A stretch of 63,916 bases of DNA, filler included, from Porpidia crustulata (Eukaryota): assembly GCA_964255105.1 (NCBI GenBank). It is 3 parts of 3 records of this genome, joined end to end, with 100 filler letters (N's around TTAATTAATTAA, not from the genome) between each part and the next. Parts side by side here need not be neighbours in the genome. Positions count along the whole stretch, not along the records: positions 42,778 to 63,916 come from CAXUWE010000108.1; 2 more parts are not named here. One strand, given 5' to 3'. The notes under the pieces are model-generated. The model did not search any database and was not told the DNA's origin. It worked only from the letters and a program-made list of their open reading frames with translations. This document shows, in pieces, positions 51,348 through 63,916 of this stretch. The position numbers and the translations under genes are program-made. The first letter of the stretch is position 1, and every line of letters starts with the position of its first letter.

Positions 51348-52567
51348 CTTCAATCAGGGAGAGACACAATTCCCCGGCTCTGAAAGTAGGGCATTCAGAT
51401 TGCCCCTTGCTATCTGATTAGTGCGACGGAATCTACCTATTTCTGCGTTACTGTACAGCTGGTCAAGGGCTCGCGAAGTTGCGTGTATGTGTCCACAGCT
51501 TTGGGCTTTTGGAAGCGAAGCTATAAATTCCGTGAACACTTAAATCCGTGCGATTCGGAGCACAGCCAATCACATCAAAGTTTGGTTGAGATTATAGGCA
51601 TCTACCACATTCCTATCTTGAGTACACCTCAGGCTGCAGGAAGGCATGAGGTGATATGACACAAAACTTCAACATAGTCTATGTTTTCTAAATGCATAAG
51701 TGCCCTCGAACGACATGAGGTATCAATTGGTCACAAGCGTAATTGACTCCTTTTATGTCTTGCTGAATCCATTGCTAGTCAAAATATCTATCCACAAAGA
51801 CCCCCATATGCTCATAATGTAATGTTACAGTATCAAAGTACAATGCGCCAGTATGCTGGACTTAGACAAAATAATGGTACATGATGTTGATACATGCTGA
51901 CACTGTGTGAAGACATATTACGCAAAATACATTAGTTGCATGATAAGTTTGCCGATTAGGGATAAATATAACGCGACAGTGTTACTGATGTGTGCGCCAT
52001 CGCACGCGAACGCTTACGTTGTGGTAGAAGCTGCAAATCTGATTCGCTGATGACCATCAGTGAGACACCACTCCATGCTATGAGCATTGTGTGGTCTCTG
52101 ATCTTTAGCTCTATCGTGGACGCCTTCGAGTAGAGCCATGCTTAGAATCTGCTTGTCTGAAGGCTTCTGCTGCAATTCTCGAGGCCGCTCAATATATAGT
52201 GGGCGTGAGTGGACAGAAGAGCTCAAAGAGGAGGCATAGACGACTCCTAGCTCAATCTCCCGGCGTCAGAGACAGTGATGAACCTCTGGCTGCAAAGCTA
52301 TTGCAGCCTAATGGCGAGATACTGAGAGGTTCAAGCAATAACCCAGTCGACGCGGCTCTATTCGATAATTCCAAGAAATTAGACCTGAAGAACGCAGCAC
52401 GCCATTACCGCTAGATCGTCCATGAACCGAAGACAGCTATTAGGGCTAAGGCGGCTGGTAAGATTTCATCGTCGTTAATGTAATCGTAAGATGATATGTG
52501 GCAGTGTAATTATTATAATGTTACAACTAGGAATTAGTATTAGGTGTTGTCTCGTTTCCTTGAGCCG

Positions 52568-53984
52568 CTAGAAATTGACTTTGGCCCACGGCCACACTTG
52601 TTGAGGCGGTAGGCTCATCTCATACGGATATCCGCCGGTACCCATCCACGTAGGAGATGGATATTGATAGTGGCGAGTCTGGGACGCTGTCAGACTCAAA
52701 CTTCTGAGCACATCCACGTGATTCAGCTACTTACATTGGGGGTACATGGGGAATCATAGGATATCCCAAGTGCGGATTCCTCGAATTGATCCCAAGAAGG
52801 GACATTCGGTGTGAGAGATAAGGGGGATGTGAATAACTGCTGATGTGGAAAGCATGAATCAAGTGCAGCTGACTGCGACCGTTGGACCGTCTCTGGAGTC
52901 AGAAAATGCGGCGTGCTGACTTGTGGCGCCAAATAGTCCGACATGTCTGAGTAACAGCTTTCGCCCGATGAATAGATGGGCGAGTCCGCAGACGCTGGAA
53001 GCTGAAATACCAAATCAGGAGGCAGGCTACGGGGTACCGCACCGATAGCTACGTGCGAGAGATCGCTCAAAGATTGGCCAGAATGAGTGACATAGTCGTT
53101 TCTCATACTCGTCTCTGATATTATCGAGCCTATTGACATAGTAGTCGTACCTGTTGATTGAGACACTCCTTGAGTAGGTACGACTCTGTGCTGCCCCACA
53201 AGAGAAGCAAAGGTACTAGAAGTTGATGGGCTTGAATCTGTGAAGGAGGTTTCTCTCGTCGAGTGTGGAGAGCGTGTGCCACGGGGTGTGAAAGCATCAG
53301 CCGGCATGTTATGTCTAACATGATTAGAATCGCTACGGAGTCAAGAATAGAGGCTAAGCTTACTGCCTCTCCATGTGTCGGGCCAATAGGTCTGAACGTT
53401 GAAAAGGCTTTCGGCACTCTTGAATCCAACATTGATACAGAGGCTCAGAGTTATGGTTGGCCTCATGTCGTCTACATACAATGTTAGCGGCAGAAAAAAT
53501 ACAATTGCACTACTTCGATCTCTCATACTTGCGGTGTTCTGCTCGAGTGAATATCTGGCATATTTTAGCAGCTGAAACTATCAGCATGACAAACGGTCTA
53601 TACCTTGGTGCACCCAGGATGCTCGCAAGCATGAACCTTCTTGCCCTTTTTTGCTTTACTGATCCGGTGTGTTGTAGGAGTGTAGGTGATTTCGCCAGCG
53701 GCGGCGGCCATACCGGGCATTGCTATTGTGCTGTCCTGGGGAAGTCCTCCACGAGGGCCTGAAGAGGTTGACTTGATACTTCGTTGTCGACTGACTGGAT
53801 CACTAGAGGCTCCTACGTACGAGATGCCGTGAAAGGTTGGCGAGGCTTGTCGACGTCGAGAAGGTTGAGAAAGAATTGAATTGTCTTCGGTACTCGAGGA
53901 ATGCGCAGAGGAAGTAGCACTCTGGCGTCTCGTTCTAGAATGTGGCACCTTCAATGAAATGTGCGGGGTGGTCTCATCGGCCAT
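52568..53984 (-). CDS. C2H2 zinc-finger transcription factor (two fingers), 5 exons
   Basis: YTPTTHRISKAKKGKKVHACEHPGCTK|IFTRAEHRK|RHEANH..YQCWIQECRKPFQRSDLLARHMERQ|H, then a Ser/Pro-rich C-terminus. An alternative upstream in-frame ATG lies at 54035. Confidence 0.88.
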
Positions 53985-56900
53985 GGCAATTATATGGTAT
54001 TCGGCTAAGGCTTCGAGTGGATCGTCAGGTACCATGTGTCTACAGACACATAAGGCTCTAGGAATGATCAGATCTCGCTTCTCAAAGTATGATCGACGAG
54101 GAGAAAGCACGTCGGTGTGCAGAGGCCTTGTGAAAAGGAAATTAACGCTCAGCCCTTTGTGATACTGACCGTACTGTCATGCACCAGCAAAGCAGACTGG
54201 CAACAGACGACTACAAAAGTGTGAGACCCCAATGTATCTGAAGTGGGGCGGCGATGGAGACAATGTCATTCAGAGGATCTGCAAGCCCTGGGTCACAGGC
54301 GAGGAAGAAGGGTGGTGCCGAAAGACGTTGCCCGGTTGGGAAGTTGAGGTGCATCAGCCGTCTGGATCTATGCCGTTGTAGGTACTGCAATTTCAAGGTC
54401 AGAGAACTGGAGGGAAATCAGCCACGTAGGAGACAGACACTACGGATATTTATATCGCGGCTGTGCCACTCAGTCAACTTCATGCGAGGCTCACTTGAAC
54501 CAAAGCTCACGACGAATATGGTATCCTCAACCTCCCCTTTCATGTTCAAGACACAAGGTCGTATGGGATCAGGCTCCATAGCGACCCTCCATGGCATGTC
54601 AACGTGGAGGAATGGCACGGGAAGCTCGATCGACACAGTCAATGCAGGTACAAAAGAACCGTCGTGTTAGAAGAGAGTCATTATTATAGCGCCCTATGCA
54701 AGACTCGTAAAGTGGCCTTGTGCCGTTCAGCAGTAGAGATTCGAGTAAAGATGCCGCATCGTGAGCTACGATAGGCCTCTGAGACGATGCAACCCCCATG
54801 ATGATAGGAGGATGGGCGGTCGTAAGATCAAACTGGCATGGAGTTGGTCGGATTAGCCGAACATCGATGCAGTCTAGTCTGCATCATGCAGCTCTATTTT
54901 GGTGATCAGCCTCGTGCAGAGCTACCAACCCACAGAGCACTAGATTACTGAGTAAGTTGGTTTCCGACTCCAACTTGCATAGGTAGTCTGTAGACTCAAC
55001 CCGCGGAAGCTGCCAGAGCACTGAATGGACGCCGAGCGGAGACTTCCGCCATGGCTGCTCTTCGCCATGTGTCCGATGAAAAAGCCATCATCATTCAGTA
55101 GAGCCACTTCGTACTCCATAGCGTAAGTGGTGCGAATTTCTGTGACTCTGGTGATACAACGTGGGTTCGGTAATGCCCTTGAGCGACCACATTGGCTTGG
55201 CAGCTGAGTGAGACGCTCACCACCGACCGTCTCCATCAGCAACAGTCCCCGTAGATCATGGCTCACGCCCGGAAATATCGATTCTCTATCTCAAGATGCA
55301 AAAGTCATGAGTCAAAGCTAAGGTGCTACTGTCTCAAACCCTAGGCAGGTACCTTAGCCCGGTGAGTGGACGTTAGCGGTAAGGTGGTCGTCCTTAGGGT
55401 CAGGAGTGATGGTTGGGGTGTTTGGCAACTGAAAGTCCTAAACAAGCTTTTTGCAGATCCTCGGGAGTACCTGAGTGAAGACTATGTGTAACCGCGCCTT
55501 GTCCCCGCATTGCGTATGAATGGCACTTCTGGAGGATCTCGCGAATCTTGTCTCAGCGAGGCAAGTGATAGGCAGCGTGGCCGTCACAGATACGGAGCTG
55601 TACTTCGCAGTTAGCCATCTAGTGACGCCGTCGTTCTCTTTTCAGTGTTGCCTCGTAGTCTGGTGTTCTGGTGGGCTTCTACTGCCTTGTGGCTTATGAA
55701 GGGATCGCCCATCCACAGCCGGTCTCCCGTATTGCGAATGTTCTAGCCACCAGAGCTACGCACCATCTATCTCCATACCCACGAATCTTCCGTCCTGAGT
55801 CTCTCGAGGCTGCCGCCGCAGAGATTTGTTATCACCTCCGCAGAGTATCTGTATTTCTTTACCAACCTCTTTGGGCAAGTCACCGCAACCATGAATTCGC
55901 CGTCAGGCGATTGGATCAACTTGCACCAATGCATGAACATGAGACAGGCCAGCGACGCAGGAGTTTGGGGTCATGCCCACCTTTGTAGTGCACGTGGCAA
56001 CTGGAACAACACTAGGCCGTAGTTTGTCGCATTCTCTCTTGTACCTGCATGAATTTGGGGCACGTCTCTTTCAATCCTTCATGGCAAGATGCACTACCAT
56101 AGGCTTTCCTTTGGCCCATTCGCGAAAGATTTCCTGATCGCAACCTAAAAGGTGTTCGGTGCATGAAGTTGATGTTTCAACAACCACGTTCTTCGGCTTC
56201 GTTCTGCATGTAACCACTGCACAGTCGCTTGAGTCGTTGGCGAGATGGGTCAATGCTTCTTTGATGCTTTCAGATGGACTGACGGTCTTGCTGGTTGAGG
56301 TAGGTAGGTAATGTTGAGATGTCCTGATTGTCCCACGCATTCATCATTTCCTCGCTTCTTCTCTATCTATTCACTGAATCTAGCCAACCGCCCGAGATAC
56401 CGCGAGACAGGCTAGAAAAGTCGCTGATCCGGATTATGCGACACCAAGCTAGCACAATGTGTTTCAGACTTCAGCTACGGCTGACAATGAGGCAAACGCA
56501 CCGCTGTGCCTTACTCCGTGTGCACTGGACACTGGTACACCGTTCCACCCGAATGCTAATCGAAAACTAGAAAGAAAGAAGACTTCGCTCTCATCCAACC
56601 TATACTCGACGTGTCGAAGACCATGATCACCGCAATCACTTAGTCACCGGCTTGATCTAGCATCTGTATCACACGTCGAGGTTCAACTTTGATGAGTTGG
56701 CGTGGACCATAGCGGTCATGTGTGCAACCATGCGTACCGAATGCATTTGGCAGATACAGATAAGCGGTTCAGCATTCTACGTTGAGGCCGGGCAAAACAG
56801 CGAGCCTTGCTAAACTTAGAACCTTAAGCATGGCCATGCACACTCGTCCACAGGTATTTCTCATAGTAATCAGCCATAATCCGCACCGCGTCCACACGCA

Positions 56901-57261
56901 GCAATTCATTACGTTCGTTAAACCACAAGATTCCTCATCACGCTCATAGATATACCTCGTAGCTCTATAATAGATGCAATCGCTTAGATTCAAACCAGGC
57001 TAGACACATTTGAACAAGAGAGAATCCGGTGGTCACAGTATCATATCGCCCGACTTGCAGAGTAGATATCGTCCCACGCCGCTTGACCTCGAAGCGGCAA
57101 TCCCGGCCAAACCCGCCCAACCACCAGACGGATGTGGTCCTGGATAACTCCAAAAATGCATTTCATCACCGTCACCCTAATAATCCGAATCGGAGAATTC
57201 CCCCCGAAAACGCATGGCTTCCGAACACTGAACTCCGCCCATATGCTCTTGGTTCATAGTT

Positions 57262-59636
57262 TCACCTTGCGATACGGTCTGGATTTTGTGAAATCATGTC
57301 GCTAGTGTCTTGAGTCCTATTCCCAGTCGCGTACCGCGAAGTAAGACTCTGCATCCCCGAAGATGTGGGTTGCCTCAAGCCTCTGATAGAAGATGGCCCA
57401 CTTTCTTCATCGCCGATCGGAGATATTGGACTGAACATCTCATGCGCCCGAGGAGACGAGGTACCCGATCTACTTGGTGATGACACTCCCCTCGAAGATC
57501 CGCTGGGACCCGGAGTGGCGGAATCCTGATGTCGCGAAGAGGATCGAGGCGGAAGCGAACGATTCAGCTGGCGATGTATCGATGATGACTGGTCTGATGA
57601 GCGACTGAATCGTGATGAACTGATGGATCGGTCTCCTGGAGACTGGGCCTGGGATCTGGTGGTAGGCGATAAAAGAGTGGAATTCGAGGGTGAAAGTGGA
57701 GGGGGGGAGCCTGGCAATTCCCATGGCGTGTCTGCTGGCAATTCCACCGCTGATGTTGAAGGGTCATACATCTCATGCAATGGTCTCAACATGATCCTTC
57801 TCGATGCCAGCTCCGGTACATTGACATTTTCCCCAGGGGCTTCGGCCAATAATGAACGATCTCCTGGGTGCTCTGCCTTTTCCTTTACCCATTCCGCCGA
57901 TGACGCCTCTAGTTTCTGCTCCACTGCGTCCGGTCCCGCCATTTCGTAACGCGCGTGATCTAAATCCGTGTCGAGTTCTGCCTTGGCGAATCCTTGTCGA
58001 ACATCCTCTGCTGGGTCTATATCGGGTTGTTTATTCCGTTCTGCTTGCTCCGCTTGCCGCTGCCTTCTCTTGCGCTTGATTATGTACCATAGGACAATGC
58101 CACAGACAGCGAGGACAACTACCACCACCACCATCGCCACGATTATACCGACGGTCTTGCCGGAACCAGACGATCCGCCAGCCTTCGTGGGCTCAGTCGT
58201 AGTCGAGTTCGCAGAATCAGCGATGGATTTGATTGAAACAAGGTTTTGTTGCATATTATCACCAAACAGACATTGAGAGATCGAAAAATTACTTCGTTCC
58301 CAGTCCACGATGATATACCTAGAAGCACATGAGATCATGTCTTCGCACCAACAGAAGGGCAGCTACTCACGCCTCCTGAAGAAAAGCCCTTCCTAACGTG
58401 TATTGCGTTTCATTAGCTGCCCTTCTCAAAGGGAAGTACCTGGTACCGGTGGTAACGATGGGTGGAGTCACTCTGAGGTCAAAACTAGCATAAGGAAGTA
58501 CTATATCAGTTGTTTGGCCTCCGCTGCCTGTGTTCCCAAGCGTAAAGGTTATGCTAGCGTTTTGGGACAGTAGTGAGGTATGGAGAGTGTCATTAACAAG
58601 GTAGAGACCAGTTTTGTTATCGTAGGTCAAACCAAAAGCCGTTTCGAAGGCTTGACAGGCATCCAAAGGCAACCAGATTTGGGCTACTGTCGAGTCAACG
58701 TACGCATTGATCCCAGACGAAAGTAGTTTATGAGTGTTCTTAATATCGGTTGACACGATTGACTGAATACCCACAACGATATCACGGTCATTGTCAGGAC
58801 CAAATGAGAAGGACAAAGGGTTTGGTGTAAAGCGCGACTGGTCATAGCCCCCTAGGGTCAAGCTTCCGAGTACAGATTTAAGACCTATGTGTGTTGAGCT
58901 CATAGGTCATGAATCTATATAACATCAGACTTACGATATTGCGCTCCCGCCGTGTATCCAAAGCTTACACTCGGAATGAGAGACTGCTTTCTGAGAGAAG
59001 TAATAAAACTAGGCTGGCCTTCCGCTCCGAGTCCGCTGAAGTTGGTAGGCTTTGGGTTAACACCAAACATGCCAATATAAAAATCTTGGGTACCAATGCC
59101 ACCAATGACTTGATTCTGAAGTGTGGGCCCACCACTACCTTGGATGCCTAGGCCTAATGTATCGTTTCCAAAAAGTCCGTGTCCGGGAATACCCAGATTC
59201 TGCTCTGTAGATAGTTCGTAGTAGCCCCGTTCTGCCCACGTTGATGATATATTGGGATTGAACAATTGCCCACGCGCATTAGGACAAGATGTGTCGCCTT
59301 GCGCACAGCCTTGGGGTAGCACCACCCAAGAAGCCTCAACGGCAGTCGAGACGAGCACGCGAATATCTTGCGCAGGCGTACCAACTCGGAGAGTGAATGT
59401 GGACCATGGTCCATCCGGTCCATCCCTACGTTGAAGCATTAACGACATAAACCATGGAGTTTCTTCTAAGAAAGATTCTAGACTAACCAATTCTGCGCCG
59501 GAGAGAATGAAATAGGCTTCGGCAACGGCGCGGGGGATGCTGTCGCCCGTTCCACTAAGACATTACTCTGGGTATGGACCAGCGATAGACACTGCGTCAG
59601 GAGGGATATCGACACAGGTCCGCGAAAGCCATACAT
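57262..59636 (-). CDS. Single-pass membrane aspartic-protease-fold protein with degenerate first catalytic motif, 4 exons
   Basis: WDGPDGPWSTFTLRVGTPAQDIRVLVST, SFGYTAGAQY, GSLTLGGYDQSRF, VDST, YTLGRAFLQEAYIIVDWER; TM VGIIVAMVVVVVVLAVCGIVLWYII+KRKRR; Ser-rich cytosolic tail. Confidence 0.88.
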
Positions 59637-60633
59637 ATCGGGCAATATCGCATTAAAAGGCCCGAAATGGACCCAGGCTTCTCATCGAAGCGCCTTGTTG
59701 GGCATTTGCAGTCAAGCAATCACAATAGAAGATTGATAAAAGCTCATGGGCATCACCCTTGGACTCAAAGCATCTCGAAGAATTTTGGGGAGGTTAGAAA
59801 GTGAAGTTTGACGATCAAAAAAATGAGCCATTTCAAATCTAAGGCTTGCAGATGGCATTGCGCTATTGCGCTACACTAGGGTGACTCAGTCAGCACTCAG
59901 CAGTAAGTATTGATGTAACTTGGTGATCCCGTTGGATGTGGTTTAGGGAGACCCCGCTGTAAATGCAATTTTCTTTTGGGCTACAGGGGCCAATCAGCGC
60001 TCTAGCAGGGCGCCTGACGGCTGGACATTGATTTCCTCAGATTGATTTTTTGTGTAAGACTTTGATTTTTCCGATTGTGCTTCAGCTGTCAGAATCACCA
60101 ATAGCCTGGCACGACTGGCTTTCATACGCACCTCGAATACAATCAGATCGTCAAAACAACCGTGTCAATGCGACAAGATATTTTCTGGATAATCATCACC
60201 TGCTGAAGAACGCTTGTCAATAACCCATGCGAAGTATCTTCTACGAAATTTAAAGTACGAAGCTTGCGCTTCGTTACCGATAGAAGTCTTGTCTATCGGA
60301 CATGGTGTTCTGTCCATCTTCTTGGTCTATCATCCTACTGAATGTGTTTTACGCACTGTCTAAGCGATCAAGTCTTGTCATTCGTTGAAAAGCTTGTAAA
60401 ATTACGGAAACAATTCACAACGCTGTCCTGATTCTAGGCAATCTTTTGCGAAGAGTCGCTGGAATGGAAGATTTATATGGCTATCATTAAAGCTCGAGAG
60501 TAAGGTCAAAGGGTAGAAGAGGACAGTTGTTGTTATCTAAGTGTCTTCAATATTCCCTTTCCTCTTTCTCAATCACGGGTAGTAGTGAAAATTTCGGAGT
60601 GCTGTTCAGGATTAGAGACACTCAAGGTCTTGG

Positions 60634-61571
60634 TCACCGCCGTTCGTCTTCTACCGGTGGATCAGATGCTGCAATTCTCGATGAGGGGCTTGACGAAGCT
60701 CCTCTTACATTCCTCATTGCCTGGTGAAACATGGCCGTAGCTATTGCTTGACGGGTTTCTGCGAGGCTCAACCCTTCAAAACGTACGTTAAGATCTCTCA
60801 TGTGCAGCCGAGCATACAGATTATTGGCGTCCTCTGTCCAATTTGGGGTTAGGAATCGCTCCAATGGCGACTCAGGAGACGGTATAGCGATCGAGCCATG
60901 CACCTCATAGTCCCATATATGGAAAGATTCCGGATCATGCATGCTCCTTCGAAACTCCGACAAATCCTCAGCAAGAACAACGTGAGAGGCATATGGGACT
61001 AATGAAGGTTCATCAAGCTACAAGAGATATTAGCAATAGTTTTCTGATCACAGAGAACTATCTTACGTCTTCCCTCGGCGGAAGTCCCCGGTTTTCTGAT
61101 GATCCAGAATCTTGTGGTTCTTCGTGTTCATTACGCTGAAAAGGGTATTAGCAATGTTTCTCTGAACACAGGTAATGATCTTACATATTGGTTTGGTGGA
61201 TCACTCTGCTCTCTCGACACTATGGATTTTTGTGGCTCGTCGACTCCTGTACCTTCTGAGTGGACTCCTATCTTACCATATCCAATTGTCGCGGGTTCGA
61301 TAGCGTCTCCGTCCACTCCACCTGGTACCTCGCGCTGGTGGGGTAGTGTATCTCTATTGGTTGTTGATGTTTGAACTTCGGATCTATCAACGTGTCGCAA
61401 GTTTGGGTCGTGGTAATCGGTCCTTCTTCTGTTGTCTACCTCATTGATCTGCTGATCTGCCTCCAAGCTATGTTTGTATATCTCGTCCTGTGCATCTTTG
61501 CTATTGATAGCCATTGGAAGACTGTCTTGCTTTCGAGGAAGCAGAGGACGGCTCCCCCTAACCGGACTCAT
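60634..61571 (-). CDS. Hypothetical (possibly lineage-specific) protein, 3 exons
   Basis: Two GTAAGA..GCTAAT..YAG introns join ORF 61131-61571, a 69-nt exon (RNEHEEPQDSGSSENRGLPPRED) and the frame of ORF 60634-60963 without a frameshift. Confidence 0.65.
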
Positions 61572-63916
61572 TGGGATACTTTGTTCTTATTGCTCCAGAC
61601 TAAATTTTGTCGCAATAGGCTGAATTATCTGGCCTGAGCAATCATCTTGTATAAGAGAAGTCGCCCAGCCGGCCAGAAGAAGGAGAAGCGGCCATTTCAA
61701 GGTTAACCAGATCTCAGGAACGATACTTGATAATACAACCTCAGCATATGATCCTAGCAAATGGGAGTCAAGTCATCATGGAAGTTGTACTGCAGGATGG
61801 TGACCTCCAAGGTTTCTTTGCATAACGACCCTGCCTCCAGGGCCATACCTACTTGTGAGCTTCCCCTGAAATTTGATGCAATCTGTACCACCGGACATCT
61901 AAGCATCATCTGGCTGATGCGTGTTGACTGAAGCGCTTAGATATAATCCCACCACTCAACAGCGTCCAACACGCAGACAATATACATGCAATACCATCAC
62001 CACGCTTACTCATTTTCCATGGAAGCTGACGCAAGAAGACAGCTTAGTACGAAAATCCTAAACGCATTGGGGGTATTCTCCACTTTGTGAGACTTACGCT
62101 CTATGCGACACTATTCCAATCTCAACGGTCTTCCAGCCATCGGCAAAGGCTTGGTTAAGCTGTCGAATAGAGTTTGCAGCTGATCTAATGGTCATTTCTC
62201 CGAAGATTTTCTCGAGGCCCGACAGACTGGTAGCATTTGGTCTGCCGGTGCAATGTGGATAACCACGACTCGGTGGCCCCACGTAAATAGGGCGTTAGGA
62301 GGATCAACCTGCATTAGCGGCCTGCCCAAAAACCCCCAACTTCGAATCACAGCACTCCACTTTCGAACATCGCGGTCCACACAATCAGGCAACTCATAAT
62401 CTTACACGGCCGCTTACCCAGCTTTCTAGGGTCATTTCGTAGAACAAGAAACAGCCGGGGAGGATGAGTCCTCCCTCATGCATAGCATGTATCAATCTCA
62501 AGTGTGGAGATTAAGACGCGCGGAGGGGAACGCTACACAGTCATAAAGGTTCACCTTGTTGATCGAATACGACCAATCGACTCGTCTGTCGAACCGCTGT
62601 GATCTTGTATGAGAGGCCTTTTACCCTTTTTGTGAAGGATCGACCCTCCCAAATCCACAAGGCTGGGAGTAGTGTGGCGTGCCTAAGTGAATCTCGGCAC
62701 TCCACATGCAGCAACTCCAAGCTGCCTTGTGATGGGTAGGAGAATATAGACGGCAGAGATAGCAGGTCTTCGAATGGCTTTCATCCAACGATCTAAGCCA
62801 CCTCCCACCCCACAACCTACATGGATCTGCACCGCTGGTCAATCATCAAGCACCTCGCACCATGTCTAACGCAATCACCAAGCCATACACACTGCCTTTG
62901 TCGCTGAAATTGCTAGGGACAATTCTAACCACGAGTGACACTTTAGGCTACCAATCTTTCCAACCTTGACCCAAGGTCGCGGTACCGATGAATTCCTATA
63001 TGCGATCCATATAAGGAAAGTGCCTAAGGCCCCGCGGCTATCAACCCAAGGCCACGGCTTCGGGACCTAGAAAAGGATTCTCCCGAAAGCTTACCTAGAG
63101 TCTGGCATGACCAGGACAAGGGTGACGGCAGCCATTACGCCAATTTCCTTCCCCCCACCGGGTGTGATCATCTGCATAATCAGGTTCTTCGAAATACTTC
63201 CATCCCACGTTCGAGCTAACCCAGAACCCTAGGAAGTGCAGATGTCATTACTCCACCGTTGTGTAATCTCCCGGACCCATGGCCCGGGGATACGCAGGAG
63301 AGTTGCGTTGCGTTGCTTAAGCGCAAAACGTTGAGCCAAACCAATTGTCTTTGTTTCCACCGGAGGCGACCTATCCATGGGGTCTTGAAGCAACCGGTAT
63401 ATCAGTGGCAAATCGTGGGGGACAGTCTCATTACAAGATTGGGCACTGATGGATCAGCCGGTATATCACTGGCAGACCGTAGGGGACAGCTCCGTTGTGA
63501 GATTAGGCAGTAGTAAACGGGGTCAACCTGGTGCGTACGCAATACTTCGTCGTGCCTCCGTCCATCACGATCTTATCCTTTACCCCATCTAATCTACCCT
63601 TACAATCACCCCATCAATGACCTCCATTTGATTCATCCACCCATTTCCAACAACCACCTTGATCTTGCGTTCCCATTCCCTCTCTACACTGCAGAATACC
63701 AAGCTTCCAAATCTTTTCCTACGGCCCTACACTCAATCCGCCCACCCATCTCATTATCTCCGAAAGCTTACTATCGTCTTGATTTCACACAATACTTTCC
63801 AAGCCAGCTTTTGTGTTGTTCGTTTGCTTGGCTACCCAATTTCCTGATTTCCAAGCCTCCCGCCTTACCAGCTAAATCAAGTACACCTTTCCCCCCCCCC
63901 AAACCACCATGAACAC

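Noticed and set aside
56071..56340. 89-aa minus-strand ORF in the long region upstream of the C2H2 gene
   Set aside because: No family match or other support.
61600..63916. Long gene-free contig end examined for ncRNA, LTR or TIR structure
   Set aside because: No repeat pair, box motifs or coding signal found by eye. The pyrimidine-rich end looks like a promoter or 5' UTR of a gene beyond the window.

Overview
Intron-containing genomic DNA of a filamentous ascomycete (Pezizomycotina inferred from gene content and short GT..CTAAC..YAG introns). The window is not contiguous. It is three contigs (1-21316, 21417-42677, 42778-63916) joined by identical 100-bp N linkers containing TTAATTAATTAA, with lengths falling in order, as in a size-sorted concatenation. 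I can support about 20 genes. Recognisable ones are TYW3, an RGS-domain membrane protein, a CHS4/SKT5-like chitin synthase activator, CBP4 (absent from the ORF track), malate synthase, an ACS-family MFS transporter, an AZUL-HECT E3 ligase, REI1, APC2, a kelch membrane protein, COP1, a C2H2 transcription factor and a membrane aspartic-protease-like protein. The rest are secreted or hypothetical genes. I see no coherent novel multi-gene system or biosynthetic cluster. The most notable signals are a GC-AG intron that gates the peroxisomal -AKL signal of malate synthase, three GC-AG introns among about 45, a 110-bp Tc1/mariner-type MITE, and a secreted Cys-rich gene broken by a stop and a frameshift. 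Exon boundaries and family calls were made by eye, without database searches.
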